From an uncultured Alphaproteobacteria bacterium (GTDB lineage: Bacteria > Pseudomonadota > Alphaproteobacteria > Rs-D84), in contig CAKQSE010000002.1 of NCBI GenBank assembly GCA_934272785.1, positions 67,588-131,587 of the forward strand: a DNA stretch of 64,000 nucleotides. Direction: 5' to 3'. Made by a program: the position numbers and the translations under genes. The notes beneath the pieces were generated by a model. That model saw only the letters and a program-made list of their open reading frames with translations. It was not told where the DNA came from and did no database searches. Shown piece after piece: positions 9,325 through 16,833 of the stretch (the first letter of the stretch is position 1; each line of letters begins with the position of its first letter).

Positions 9325-10431
9325 TTATTCCTTTATTTTAAATACCGGCAATATCCCCAGCAGGCAGAACATGCGAGAATGACTGTCGTGATAAACTCTG
9401 AACAATAAAAAAACATCAAACAATTTAACATCTGTGTATAAACGATGGCAAGATACGCGTATCAACGGCAAAAATCCGAATATATAAATACGTTTCCTGC
9501 CCAAAGCACTTTTCGTATATCTGTTATAGGCTTGTTTATTAAATTTCCGCAAAATTCGCAACAATTGTTTGGCCGGGACAAAATCATTTGGTATATCATC
9601 ACATAACATGCTTGTAACTTCGCCCACTACATCACACAATTTCTTGGAAGCTTTTTTTGATAAACAGCCCGCAAAATCATTCGTATGTCTGGCAATATTT
9701 TTATATAAATCCCACATATCATTTTCACGTGCTAGACACATGCAGTCATGTATTCCACAGAAAGTATCTATCAAGACACGATCTGTATATTTTACGGATT
9801 TATAGTTTACACGATACACATATGTCGCACGTCTTAAGGCATAAAATTGTCCCGCCAGACACATCGCCTTCACAAAAAACACAGGATCTTCTTGGCGAAC
9901 ATAGGCGGGAAAAAGAATTTTATTATCAATTAGCCATTGTCTATCGTAGATAAATCTTGTAAAACCATAATCATATGGCCAGTCTTTATAAGACATTAGC
10001 CCATTTTTCATGAAACGAACGTTCTCTGCTGAATTTGATATAAAGTCTGTTGCATCCGAATTGCAAAACAGGATAGTTCCACCGCATATTTTCACTTTGT
10101 TCTTCTTAGCGGCAGTGTACATATCATACAATACATCATTATCTGGCAGGAAATCGTCACCATCAATAAAAGCAACGTAATCACCACTTGCACGCTCTAG
10201 TGCCAAATTACGTGCAACTGAAACCCCTCTATTCTCTTGCTGAGCAATTACACATATCCGTGCATCAAATGCTTGCAAATTATTTAAAATCCGTAAGGTG
10301 CCATCAGACGAATGATCATCAACGCAAATTATTTCAATATCTTGCAGTACTTGCTGGCGCACACTATCAATGCATCGTGCAATGTATTTTTCAACATTAT
10401 AGCACGGAACAATAACTGATATTTTCGGCAC
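9325..10431 (-). CDS. Family 2 glycosyltransferase (tandem paralog)
   Basis: 368 aa with ISVIVPCYNVEKY...DDHSSDGT...FIDGDD. GTG start. Its first 47 nt match the downstream paralog except at one position. Confidence 0.8.
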   Translation of the reverse strand: MPKISVIVPCYNVEKYIARCIDSVRQQVLQDIEIICVDDHSSDGTLRILNNLQAFDARICVIAQQENRGVSVARNLALERASGDYVAFIDGDDFLPDNDVLYDMYTAAKKNKVKICGGTILFCNSDATDFISNSAENVRFMKNGLMSYKDWPYDYGFTRFIYDRQWLIDNKILFPAYVRQEDPVFFVKAMCLAGQFYALRRATYVYRVNYKSVKYTDRVLIDTFCGIHDCMCLARENDMWDLYKNIARHTNDFAGCLSKKASKKLCDVVGEVTSMLCDDIPNDFVPAKQLLRILRKFNKQAYNRYTKSALGRKRIYIFGFLPLIRVSCHRLYTDVKLFDVFLLFRVYHDSHSRMFCLLGILPVFKIKE

Positions 10432-10845
10432 GGCGTTTCCTCTTTATTCTGGGGGCGGGGTTCAAACAACTGGGGAAATCCCAGCCCCGTGTGCCTTCGA
10501 TATATAACACACGCACCCGCCCATTCATGGGAATAAGGTCGAACATCGCGTGGTAAAAGAAAACCGCCAATTAAATTGAGCGGTCGGGAAGTTAGAAACG
10601 TCATAATAGGTTGATGACCCCATTGGCCTTTGGGTGACCCCTGTGGTATAGCCAGCGGCTTCCCGACCAAGATGTCGGGATATTACAGTGCGAAAGGCAC
10701 CTGTGTTTTTACGATGCTTTCGCACCGACCTATTGCTGGGAGTTTCTACGTCCCGAACTTCAATTACCGTTGAAATTCAGTTACGATTTTAAGGGCATTG
10801 CCCCAGATTGTAAAGGGAAAAAATTCACAGCCGGACAAATTATCC

Positions 10846-11634
10846 CTAGAACGCATATGGTTTTGCCATAAAATGCTCGCGCGCCTGTTGGACATTTTTG
10901 GCCGCGTCGGACGCATTGCGACCGTTATCCACCAAATCCAGCGATCCATAATACGCCGTCATCATCGGGTCATATGCGTTTGTTGTGGAAATCCATTTGT
11001 CGGTCCCGGAATTAGGCGCGCCGTATTTATCCAGAACATTTTGCCAAAACGCCAAGATTTTCTTTTGACGCTGGTTTTCAAATTTGTCCGCCGCCCCTTC
11101 CAGTTCGTTCACGTCATTATTATACACAACGCGCCACACGACGTTATCGGTTGCGTTACTGGTAAAATACACCGTGATTGTTTCGCCTGTATTTTCCCGC
11201 ACCAGATGCAATTCCGACGCATACATCAATCCACGATTACGCGCCAGACTGTTTATACACTTGGTCAATTCGGCGGGAATAACCGTGCCATTTTGACGGC
11301 ATTCATAATCCAGGTTGTATTTCCAATCCTGGGCAATGGAATAAATTATACTGTGTTCCTTGCGCGGGGCATACAGACCGCGTGTCTTGAAAAACAGCGT
11401 CTGGACATCATCAAATTGCATGCCCAGCATAATGCCTGCGATATCAAAATTTGACACCGCCGCCGGTGTTGCGCCGGTATTCAGCGCGACCGATGATACA
11501 TTGATATCATCGCCCCCAGAATCGGTAACAACAAAATTTTCAAAATCCATTGGATCGACATCGCCCGACACATCCGCGGCAAATGCCGGGGACGCCATGC
11601 ACAAAATCATAAAAAATCCAAAAATTCGTTTCAT
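10846..11634 (-). CDS. Secreted hypothetical protein
   Basis: An internal Met gives MKRIFGFFMILCMASPAFA, a signal peptide. This start avoids overlap with the upstream gene end at 11654. Confidence 0.55.
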   Translation of the reverse strand: MKRIFGFFMILCMASPAFAADVSGDVDPMDFENFVVTDSGGDDINVSSVALNTGATPAAVSNFDIAGIMLGMQFDDVQTLFFKTRGLYAPRKEHSIIYSIAQDWKYNLDYECRQNGTVIPAELTKCINSLARNRGLMYASELHLVRENTGETITVYFTSNATDNVVWRVVYNNDVNELEGAADKFENQRQKKILAFWQNVLDKYGAPNSGTDKWISTTNAYDPMMTAYYGSLDLVDNGRNASDAAKNVQQAREHFMAKPYAF

Positions 11635-11653
11635 CTGTCGCCCCAATGTATGG

Positions 11654-12295
11654 TTATTTAAGAACAACCTCTTGCACCATGAATTTAAAAAATCCCGCGG
11701 GGTCACCGCCCTCTTCCAAATAACGATGCAGACCGTATTCCTCAATACTGTCACGGATTCCTGGTTCATATCTAACCTTTAAGAAAACAGTTCCCGTGGT
11801 AACGACCGGCCCGGTTGCCAAATTGTTTGGTGTCTGCCACGTCCGCAATTCATAGTCGGCGCGCCAATAATCCCCATCGCCCGGACGTGTAATATCGCCC
11901 ACAACGGTTGCAGTGCGCATTATGCCCTTGGTCGCCATATTTTGAATTTCGGGTGCAACGTTTGCCTGCCAATCACGAAATACCGACTGTGATGATGTGC
12001 GGGCCAACATATTGTTTGATGTGCCACGTCCATCGGTATAATCACCACCAGGCAAAACGCCAAAATATTCGGCGACATATCGCGTAATCAGCATATCAAT
12101 CAAACGCGTATCGCCAATTTCAGACAACGTTTCCAATTCGCCGGGCCGCTCGGTTGACAGATTGTTCGGACGAAAGAAATACGTATCCACCGTGCGTTTT
12201 TCGCCGGCATCATATATCGCACCGGTCAAGAATATTGCGCCAAACACCAGCACAAGTAACAGCAATCCGGCAAAAAACATCAATATCTTTTTCAT
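11654..12295 (-). CDS. VirB8/DotI-like bitopic membrane protein (second copy)
   Basis: 213 aa with an N-terminal TM helix and a periplasmic domain carrying VirB8-like landmarks (LITRYVAEYF; C-terminal DPAGFFKF). Its start overlaps the upstream stop (TGATG). Confidence 0.4.
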   Translation of the reverse strand: MKKILMFFAGLLLLVLVFGAIFLTGAIYDAGEKRTVDTYFFRPNNLSTERPGELETLSEIGDTRLIDMLITRYVAEYFGVLPGGDYTDGRGTSNNMLARTSSQSVFRDWQANVAPEIQNMATKGIMRTATVVGDITRPGDGDYWRADYELRTWQTPNNLATGPVVTTGTVFLKVRYEPGIRDSIEEYGLHRYLEEGGDPAGFFKFMVQEVVLK

Positions 12296-12990
12296 CAGTT
12301 CAATCTGTATGCGTTAAAGTCCGTTATGTAATACCCCAACGTGCGCGGATACGATTTCGTGTCGCGTCCCACACGCATAAATGCGATTATCTGCATAGAT
12401 GGCGTCACGTTCCCAGAAATTGTTGCACGCACGCGCCACATACCGCCGTTATCACCAACCGCGCCGACGGGTTCAATCTGTAACGACGATGCGTCCAGAT
12501 TCAGGCGTCCCGACGCGGCGGCAATTTCCTGCCATGTGGGAACAACGTCATTTGTAAATCTGTTAAATACGGTGTCATTTGTCGCGCAATATATCGCGCA
12601 AACGCCATCGGCGCGCGCGGGCGCGTTTTCAGACATGCACACCTGGCCCCGGTCACACGTTTGCCACAGTGCCTGGTTTTCGGCATCATCGCCAACGGTG
12701 AACCAATCACGTGTGAAATTTGCGACAACCGATTCCTGCATCGTGCGTGATGCACTGTATTGCATTGTGCCGTGCGAATGCCCAACCACCGACCACGTGC
12801 CGGTCACACTGTCCACCGATATGATAAACGGGTCAACGGTCGCACTGCGCGATGTCCAAATCAACAGACCACACACGCATATGATTACAAAGAACAACGC
12901 CGACACCAAAATAGACACAGCGCGGGAAACGGCAATGCGCTTTCCCGCTGGGAATGCCGGTGTGTCAAAATTACTTGGATAGTCCAACAA
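12295..12990 (-). CDS. VirB8-like type IV secretion protein
   Basis: 231 aa with a TM helix followed by TVDPFIISVDSVTGTWSVV (compare VirB8 TVEPYVVRVDKSTGAV), ESVVANFTRDWF and a C-terminal TLGYYITDFNAYRL (compare NPLGFQVTQYR). Confidence 0.55.
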   Translation of the reverse strand: MLDYPSNFDTPAFPAGKRIAVSRAVSILVSALFFVIICVCGLLIWTSRSATVDPFIISVDSVTGTWSVVGHSHGTMQYSASRTMQESVVANFTRDWFTVGDDAENQALWQTCDRGQVCMSENAPARADGVCAIYCATNDTVFNRFTNDVVPTWQEIAAASGRLNLDASSLQIEPVGAVGDNGGMWRVRATISGNVTPSMQIIAFMRVGRDTKSYPRTLGYYITDFNAYRLN

Positions 12991-13020
12991 AATCCCCCCA
13001 CATGAATTTATTGGTGGATT

Positions 13021-13167
13021 TTACGCCTGGAACACCATGATACAGGCGCACGGACTCAGTTTCAATTCGTTGTTGTCATAACCGACACCGACCGGTTCGC
13101 GGTCATACACCTGGCCACAACCGGCCAATGCCAACGCAACAAAGAACGCCAGAAATACTTTCTTCAT
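13021..13167 (-). CDS. Small lipoprotein (VirB7-like by position and size)
   Basis: 48 aa, MKKVFLAFFVALALAGCGQVYDREPVGVGYDNNELKLSPCACIMVFQA, with lipobox LAGC and SD agagggga. It is absent from the ORF track because it is under 60 aa. Confidence 0.5.
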   Translation of the reverse strand: MKKVFLAFFVALALAGCGQVYDREPVGVGYDNNELKLSPCACIMVFQA

Positions 13168-13202
13168 GATTTTTCCCCTCTTTGCTTTCAATTCTTGGTC
13201 AA

Positions 13203-13232
13203 ATTATAAGAAAATTCACGCGTCCCGGTCAA
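13203..13232 (-). promoter_or_regulatory. Sigma70-type promoter for the lipoprotein/VirB8-like operon
   Basis: On the minus strand: TTGACC, 18 nt, TATAAT, about 35 nt upstream of the ATG at 13167. Confidence 0.5.
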
Positions 13233-13310
13233 GGATAAAAACACGACGCCTGCCCGCCCCCGCGCATGATTTTTATTTCTTGGCGTTTATTGAATTTGAT
13301 TGTTATAATA

Positions 13311-13658
13311 ATGGGTATGAATTCATATGAATCTGGGTTGTTTGCCGAATTTTGGGCGCGCATGTATTTGCGCATACATGGATACCGTATTCTGCGGTCG
13401 CGATATGTTACCGGACGCAATACGGGCCGCGCAGAAATTGATATTATTGCCCGGCGCGGCAAAACCATCGTTTTCATAGAGGTTAAACGTCGTCCGACCA
13501 TCGCCGCCGGTTGGGACGCAATTACGCACGCCCAGGCGGCACGCCTGCGTCGCAGTGCAGAAACATTTCTGGCGCGGGAATTTCCGGGATTTGACGCGCG
13601 TTTTGACGTGATAATTGTGTGCGGTCTGCGCATACATCACGCACGTGGCGCAATATAA
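13311..13658 (+). CDS. yraN: YraN-family (UPF0102) endonuclease-like protein
   Basis: GLFAEFWARMYLRIHGYRIL...EIDIIARRGKTIVFIEVKRR. The start was chosen at the internal ATG 13311. Confidence 0.75.
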   Translation: MGMNSYESGLFAEFWARMYLRIHGYRILRSRYVTGRNTGRAEIDIIARRGKTIVFIEVKRRPTIAAGWDAITHAQAARLRRSAETFLAREFPGFDARFDVIIVCGLRIHHARGAI

Positions 13659-13722
13659 ATACTTGCATTTGGGAATTTGGTCCTGTATAATTCGACCAGA
13701 CTTTTTGATAAAAGGAGAAAAC

Positions 13723-13866
13723 ATGAAAAAAGTTATGTTGGCATTGTTTGCCGTTATGACATTGGCTGCCTGCACGGGTTCTTACAAATCGGGTAACTGC
13801 GAATACGATTTCTTGCTGCACAAAGATATTTCTATCTCCAAATTGATTGGCAGCTGCGGCAAATAA
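13723..13866 (+). CDS. Small lipoprotein
   Basis: 47 aa, MKKVMLALFAVMTLAACTGS..., with SD aaaggag 6 nt upstream. Confidence 0.55.
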   Translation: MKKVMLALFAVMTLAACTGSYKSGNCEYDFLLHKDISISKLIGSCGK

Positions 13867-13881
13867 TCAAAATGATAAAAA

Positions 13882-13906
13882 ACGGGGCATCGCCCCGTTT
13901 TTTTTA
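13882..13906 (+). terminator. Intrinsic terminator
   Basis: acggggc-atc-gccccgt followed by T8. Confidence 0.7.
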
Positions 13907-13908
13907 TT

Positions 13909-14239
13909 AGAGAGCAGAGTGTAGAGTGCAGAGAGCAATGTCGCGCGCCATTGGCGCGCTTGTTTTTACCATCGCGGTCTAAGTTCCCCTCTGGCCAGAG
14001 GGGTGGCACGAAGTGCCGGGGTGTCGTTTTTCCAGAGAGCAGAGTGCAGAGAGCAATGTTTTTATTCCGTCACCCCGACGAAGGTCGGGGGCCATTGCCC
14101 CACGGGGACAACCAAAAGACCACCCCGTCCTGGCGGACACCCCGACCCGGGCCCCGCGGAATTGTTAAATTCCGTGGGTGGTTCCAGGAGGGGAACTTAG
14201 TCCGCAACGGACACACCCCCATTGCTCTCTACTCTCTAT
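13909..14239. mobile_element. MITE-like modular repeat element with inverted termini
   Basis: The left end is AGAGAGCAGAGTGTAGAGTGCAGAGAGCAATG (13909-13940). An internal copy lies at 14034-14058 and an inverted copy, CATTGCTCTCTACTCTCTAT, at 14220-14239. Internal palindromic modules are shared with 45829-46394. Confidence 0.6.
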
Positions 14240-14265
14240 TTTCTGGCGCGGCGCGCCAGAAAAAT

Positions 14266-14526
14266 TTACTTTATCACTGCGGTTTTTATCAGGGATACAT
14301 CATCGCGAATCGTGTCCAGTTTTATCTGTAATTGCCCGATGCCTGTTTCCAGTATCGTCGTGCGATTTTCCAGTGTTGTGATACGCGTGTCGGCGCGCTG
14401 GATATCCGCCAGGGACGAATCCTGGCGCGCAACCCAATATACCAGGCCACCAATAAACGCGATTAAAAACCAACTGTCGCGCAGGGTCGCAATCAGGCCA
14501 CCCAAGGCACTTGTTTCCTGTTTCAT
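14266..14526 (-). CDS. Phage-cluster small membrane/coiled-coil protein
   Basis: 86 aa with one TM helix (SWFLIAFIGGLVYWV) followed by heptad-like repeats. It overlaps the upstream gene by 4 nt. Confidence 0.5.
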   Translation of the reverse strand: MKQETSALGGLIATLRDSWFLIAFIGGLVYWVARQDSSLADIQRADTRITTLENRTTILETGIGQLQIKLDTIRDDVSLIKTAVIK

Positions 14527-14717
14527 TTTCGCCCCCGTGATACCATATTTTCAATCATGTGCACCAACGCGCGCTGGGATTCCAGGCCGCGCAATTCGGC
14601 ATCCGACGCATTTGGCCCCAGCACACGTTCAATCGTCATCCGGCGCAGGTGTTGCAGCACCGCCGCACCCGACGCGGTTGAAAATGTGCGGGCATAGTTC
14701 TGGTCAATTTCGTTCAT
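14523..14717 (-). CDS. Small phage-associated protein
   Basis: 64 aa, immediately downstream of the portal gene in the same operon. Confidence 0.45.
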   Translation of the reverse strand: MNEIDQNYARTFSTASGAAVLQHLRRMTIERVLGPNASDAELRGLESQRALVHMIENMVSRGRK

Positions 14718-14732
14718 AATTTTTCCCTATGG

Positions 14733-15956
14733 TTAAATCAGGTTTTCCGCCACCGCCATTTGGGCAATGGGCGCAATGTATTTCAATTCTGCGTCACTGT
14801 TCAGCACAATCGGCGCAATCACACCGCGGCGCGATAAAATCTGTAATCCGCGGTCGGTCAGTGGCCGGATAAATTCGTGCAACAGCCGCCCGTATGTCGC
14901 GCCCAAAATCCGCATCATATCGGAATTGCGCGCCATAATTTCGGTCGCGGTCATTTCTTTTTCAGACAGCAATCCCAACCGATCGGCCAGCAATGCGTGG
15001 CGAATCCGCTCGCGCAGGTCTTTTAATATTATTTGCGACACATCAAAATCCGCACCCGATGACAACGGCGTCAGACCAGATGACCCGACGGCCTTGGGTA
15101 TAATTGCCCCCGGCGTCAGGTTTATGTTATTCAGGTTTATAACGCCATCATCGTCGGCCTGCCATATTCCGGACACTGCAATCGTTGCGTTTTTCAGCAC
15201 CAGTTCAACAACCTTGTTCGCGGTTTTGATGTCGGGCAATGCGCGCAAGACGGGACCGCGGCCGTATTGTTCACCGCTTAGAACACTCCACCGGAAAATG
15301 ATGTATGGATTGGTTTCAAATGTGCCACGCGCAACGATATTGTTTTGAATATTGCCGCCAGCATCCAACCACGCGGTGAATTCTGTGCCAACCAAACTCT
15401 GGACCAGGCGCAGTGGCGTTGCCGGGTCGCGTTTTATCTGGTCCCGGATTTCTGCCGGTGGCGTCCAGGTTGGGTATTTTTCCATAACATCACGCGCGGG
15501 CATTGTTGCCGTGTGAAATACCGCCCCCGGCAAAATCGCAATATCGCGCATTGGCACCGCCGTGAACGAAAACGCCGACGACGCACCGATTGGTGTTTCC
15601 GCCATAAACAGGCACGCCGTTCCCAAAATCACCAAGTCCAAATAGCATTGATGAATTGTGGTATAGAAATTAGAATCGTTCAGATTTGCGCGCAATGCCG
15701 CCGTCGCGGCGTCTGCATCGGGGGACGCATCGCTTTCCGGGACCAGGGATATCCACAGCGATTCCGGTGGCGTCATCAGTGAATATATTGACGCGGCCAG
15801 GTTATCCACCGCATCGGCCGCGGTTGCATCAAACAGTGTTGCCGCATCTGTATCGGTCGTCGGCATTGTGTATCGCATTGCGGCGTCCCAGCGTGCGACC
15901 CACGGCGCACGCGCATCCAATGCACGCCGATACATTTGTTCCAAATCATTTTGCAT
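14733..15956 (-). CDS. Phage portal (head-to-tail connector) protein
   Basis: 407 aa. The N-terminus LEQMYRRALDARAPWVARWDAAMRYTMP is typical of podovirus connector proteins. It sits next to the terminase. Confidence 0.65.
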   Translation of the reverse strand: MQNDLEQMYRRALDARAPWVARWDAAMRYTMPTTDTDAATLFDATAADAVDNLAASIYSLMTPPESLWISLVPESDASPDADAATAALRANLNDSNFYTTIHQCYLDLVILGTACLFMAETPIGASSAFSFTAVPMRDIAILPGAVFHTATMPARDVMEKYPTWTPPAEIRDQIKRDPATPLRLVQSLVGTEFTAWLDAGGNIQNNIVARGTFETNPYIIFRWSVLSGEQYGRGPVLRALPDIKTANKVVELVLKNATIAVSGIWQADDDGVINLNNINLTPGAIIPKAVGSSGLTPLSSGADFDVSQIILKDLRERIRHALLADRLGLLSEKEMTATEIMARNSDMMRILGATYGRLLHEFIRPLTDRGLQILSRRGVIAPIVLNSDAELKYIAPIAQMAVAENLI

Positions 15957-15984
15957 ATTTTCTCCTTTGTTTTGTTGTTATGCA

Positions 15985-16833
15985 TTAAACCTTGAAATTC
16001 GTATTTGCGGAATATATGGGGGCATGGTGTCCCATGGGGCGAATTGGTGTTGGCGCGGCGCATATTGCGCCCGCCACCGCGTCCAGTCCGTCGTCATGCC
16101 CCGCCCCACCAATTGGCGACCATCCCAACATTTCGGCAATAAATGGTGTTTGTGAACACGCGCGGTGCGCATACAATCGCCCAGCGGCCAGTGCCGGTTC
16201 AATTGCGTCTAAAATTCGGTCAACCTTTGGCCGGGTGTTTGTAATCCGCGTGATTGTGATTGGGGTGCCGGCACGTGTTGCCGCGTCGCGCATTATTTCT
16301 GGCAACGCATTTCCGATGCCATTTGTTTCAATCGTTATGCGACGCATATTGTGCACGCGCATAAAATTCAGCACCGCATCACACTGGTGCGCCAATGGGT
16401 GTGCATCATCGTCAGATGCCGTCATATATAAAATATCGTGAATAAACACGCACCGCGTTGTGTCATCACGATACAGCATAACGCACACACTGCCATCGCG
16501 GCCGCGACGCCCGGTTGATGGGTCCCAATACACCGCCGCGCCTGTGATTTTATGTTCGCCAATTTGGGCGGTGCGGCCATCAAACGCGTCATCATATAAA
16601 TGCAATGCCCCGGGATCCAGGCGCATACGTTCGGGCGCGACCGGTTCCAACATCATTTGCGCCGCAAAGTGCCGGGGGCCGACCGCGGACCGCAATTCGG
16701 CAATGCGCGGCGCGGGGAATAATTCGGGCCATGCGGACGCGCCAGCGTCATCAACCACCGGAATTTTCAGTGTTTTATATCCGTGCAAAAAAGGCGTTGA
16801 AAACGTAAATTTTTTGGATACTATATTGGACAT
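15985..16833 (-). CDS. Terminase large subunit, C-terminal nuclease half (split gene)
   Basis: AAVYWDPSTGRRGRDGSVCVML, ITIETNGIG and GHDDGLDAVAGAI match RNase-H-like TerL nuclease motifs. The ATG at 16833 shares the palindrome CATG with the dnaB ATG at 16832. Confidence 0.75.
   Translation of the reverse strand: MSNIVSKKFTFSTPFLHGYKTLKIPVVDDAGASAWPELFPAPRIAELRSAVGPRHFAAQMMLEPVAPERMRLDPGALHLYDDAFDGRTAQIGEHKITGAAVYWDPSTGRRGRDGSVCVMLYRDDTTRCVFIHDILYMTASDDDAHPLAHQCDAVLNFMRVHNMRRITIETNGIGNALPEIMRDAATRAGTPITITRITNTRPKVDRILDAIEPALAAGRLYAHRACSQTPFIAEMLGWSPIGGAGHDDGLDAVAGAICAAPTPIRPMGHHAPIYSANTNFKV

Noticed and set aside
10329-10725. Minus-strand ORFs of 113 aa and 66 aa in the 10432-10845 spacer.
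   Set aside because: One overlaps the 5' end of the GT2 gene out of frame. Neither has an SD or plausible protein features. The region is better explained as a structured leader.
13909-14260. Possibility that the repeated AGAGAGCAGAG units are a CRISPR array.
   Set aside because: There are only two or three copies per locus, in both orientations, with no constant repeat-spacer periodicity and no cas genes in the window. The pattern fits inverted-repeat MITE-like elements instead.
13951-14719. Plus-strand ORFs 13951-14331, 14003-14200, 14178-14381 and 14222-14719.
   Set aside because: They cross the repeat element or lie antisense to better-supported minus-strand phage-cluster genes. Their composition is Arg/Pro/Gly-rich and typical of spurious frames.
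16460-16831. The 124-codon N-terminal extension of the dnaB ORF in the ORF track.
   Set aside because: The DnaB homology begins at the Met at 16832 (LPTNLEAEQAVL...). The extension is antisense to the TerL nuclease half and has an Arg/Ser/Pro-rich shadow-frame composition.
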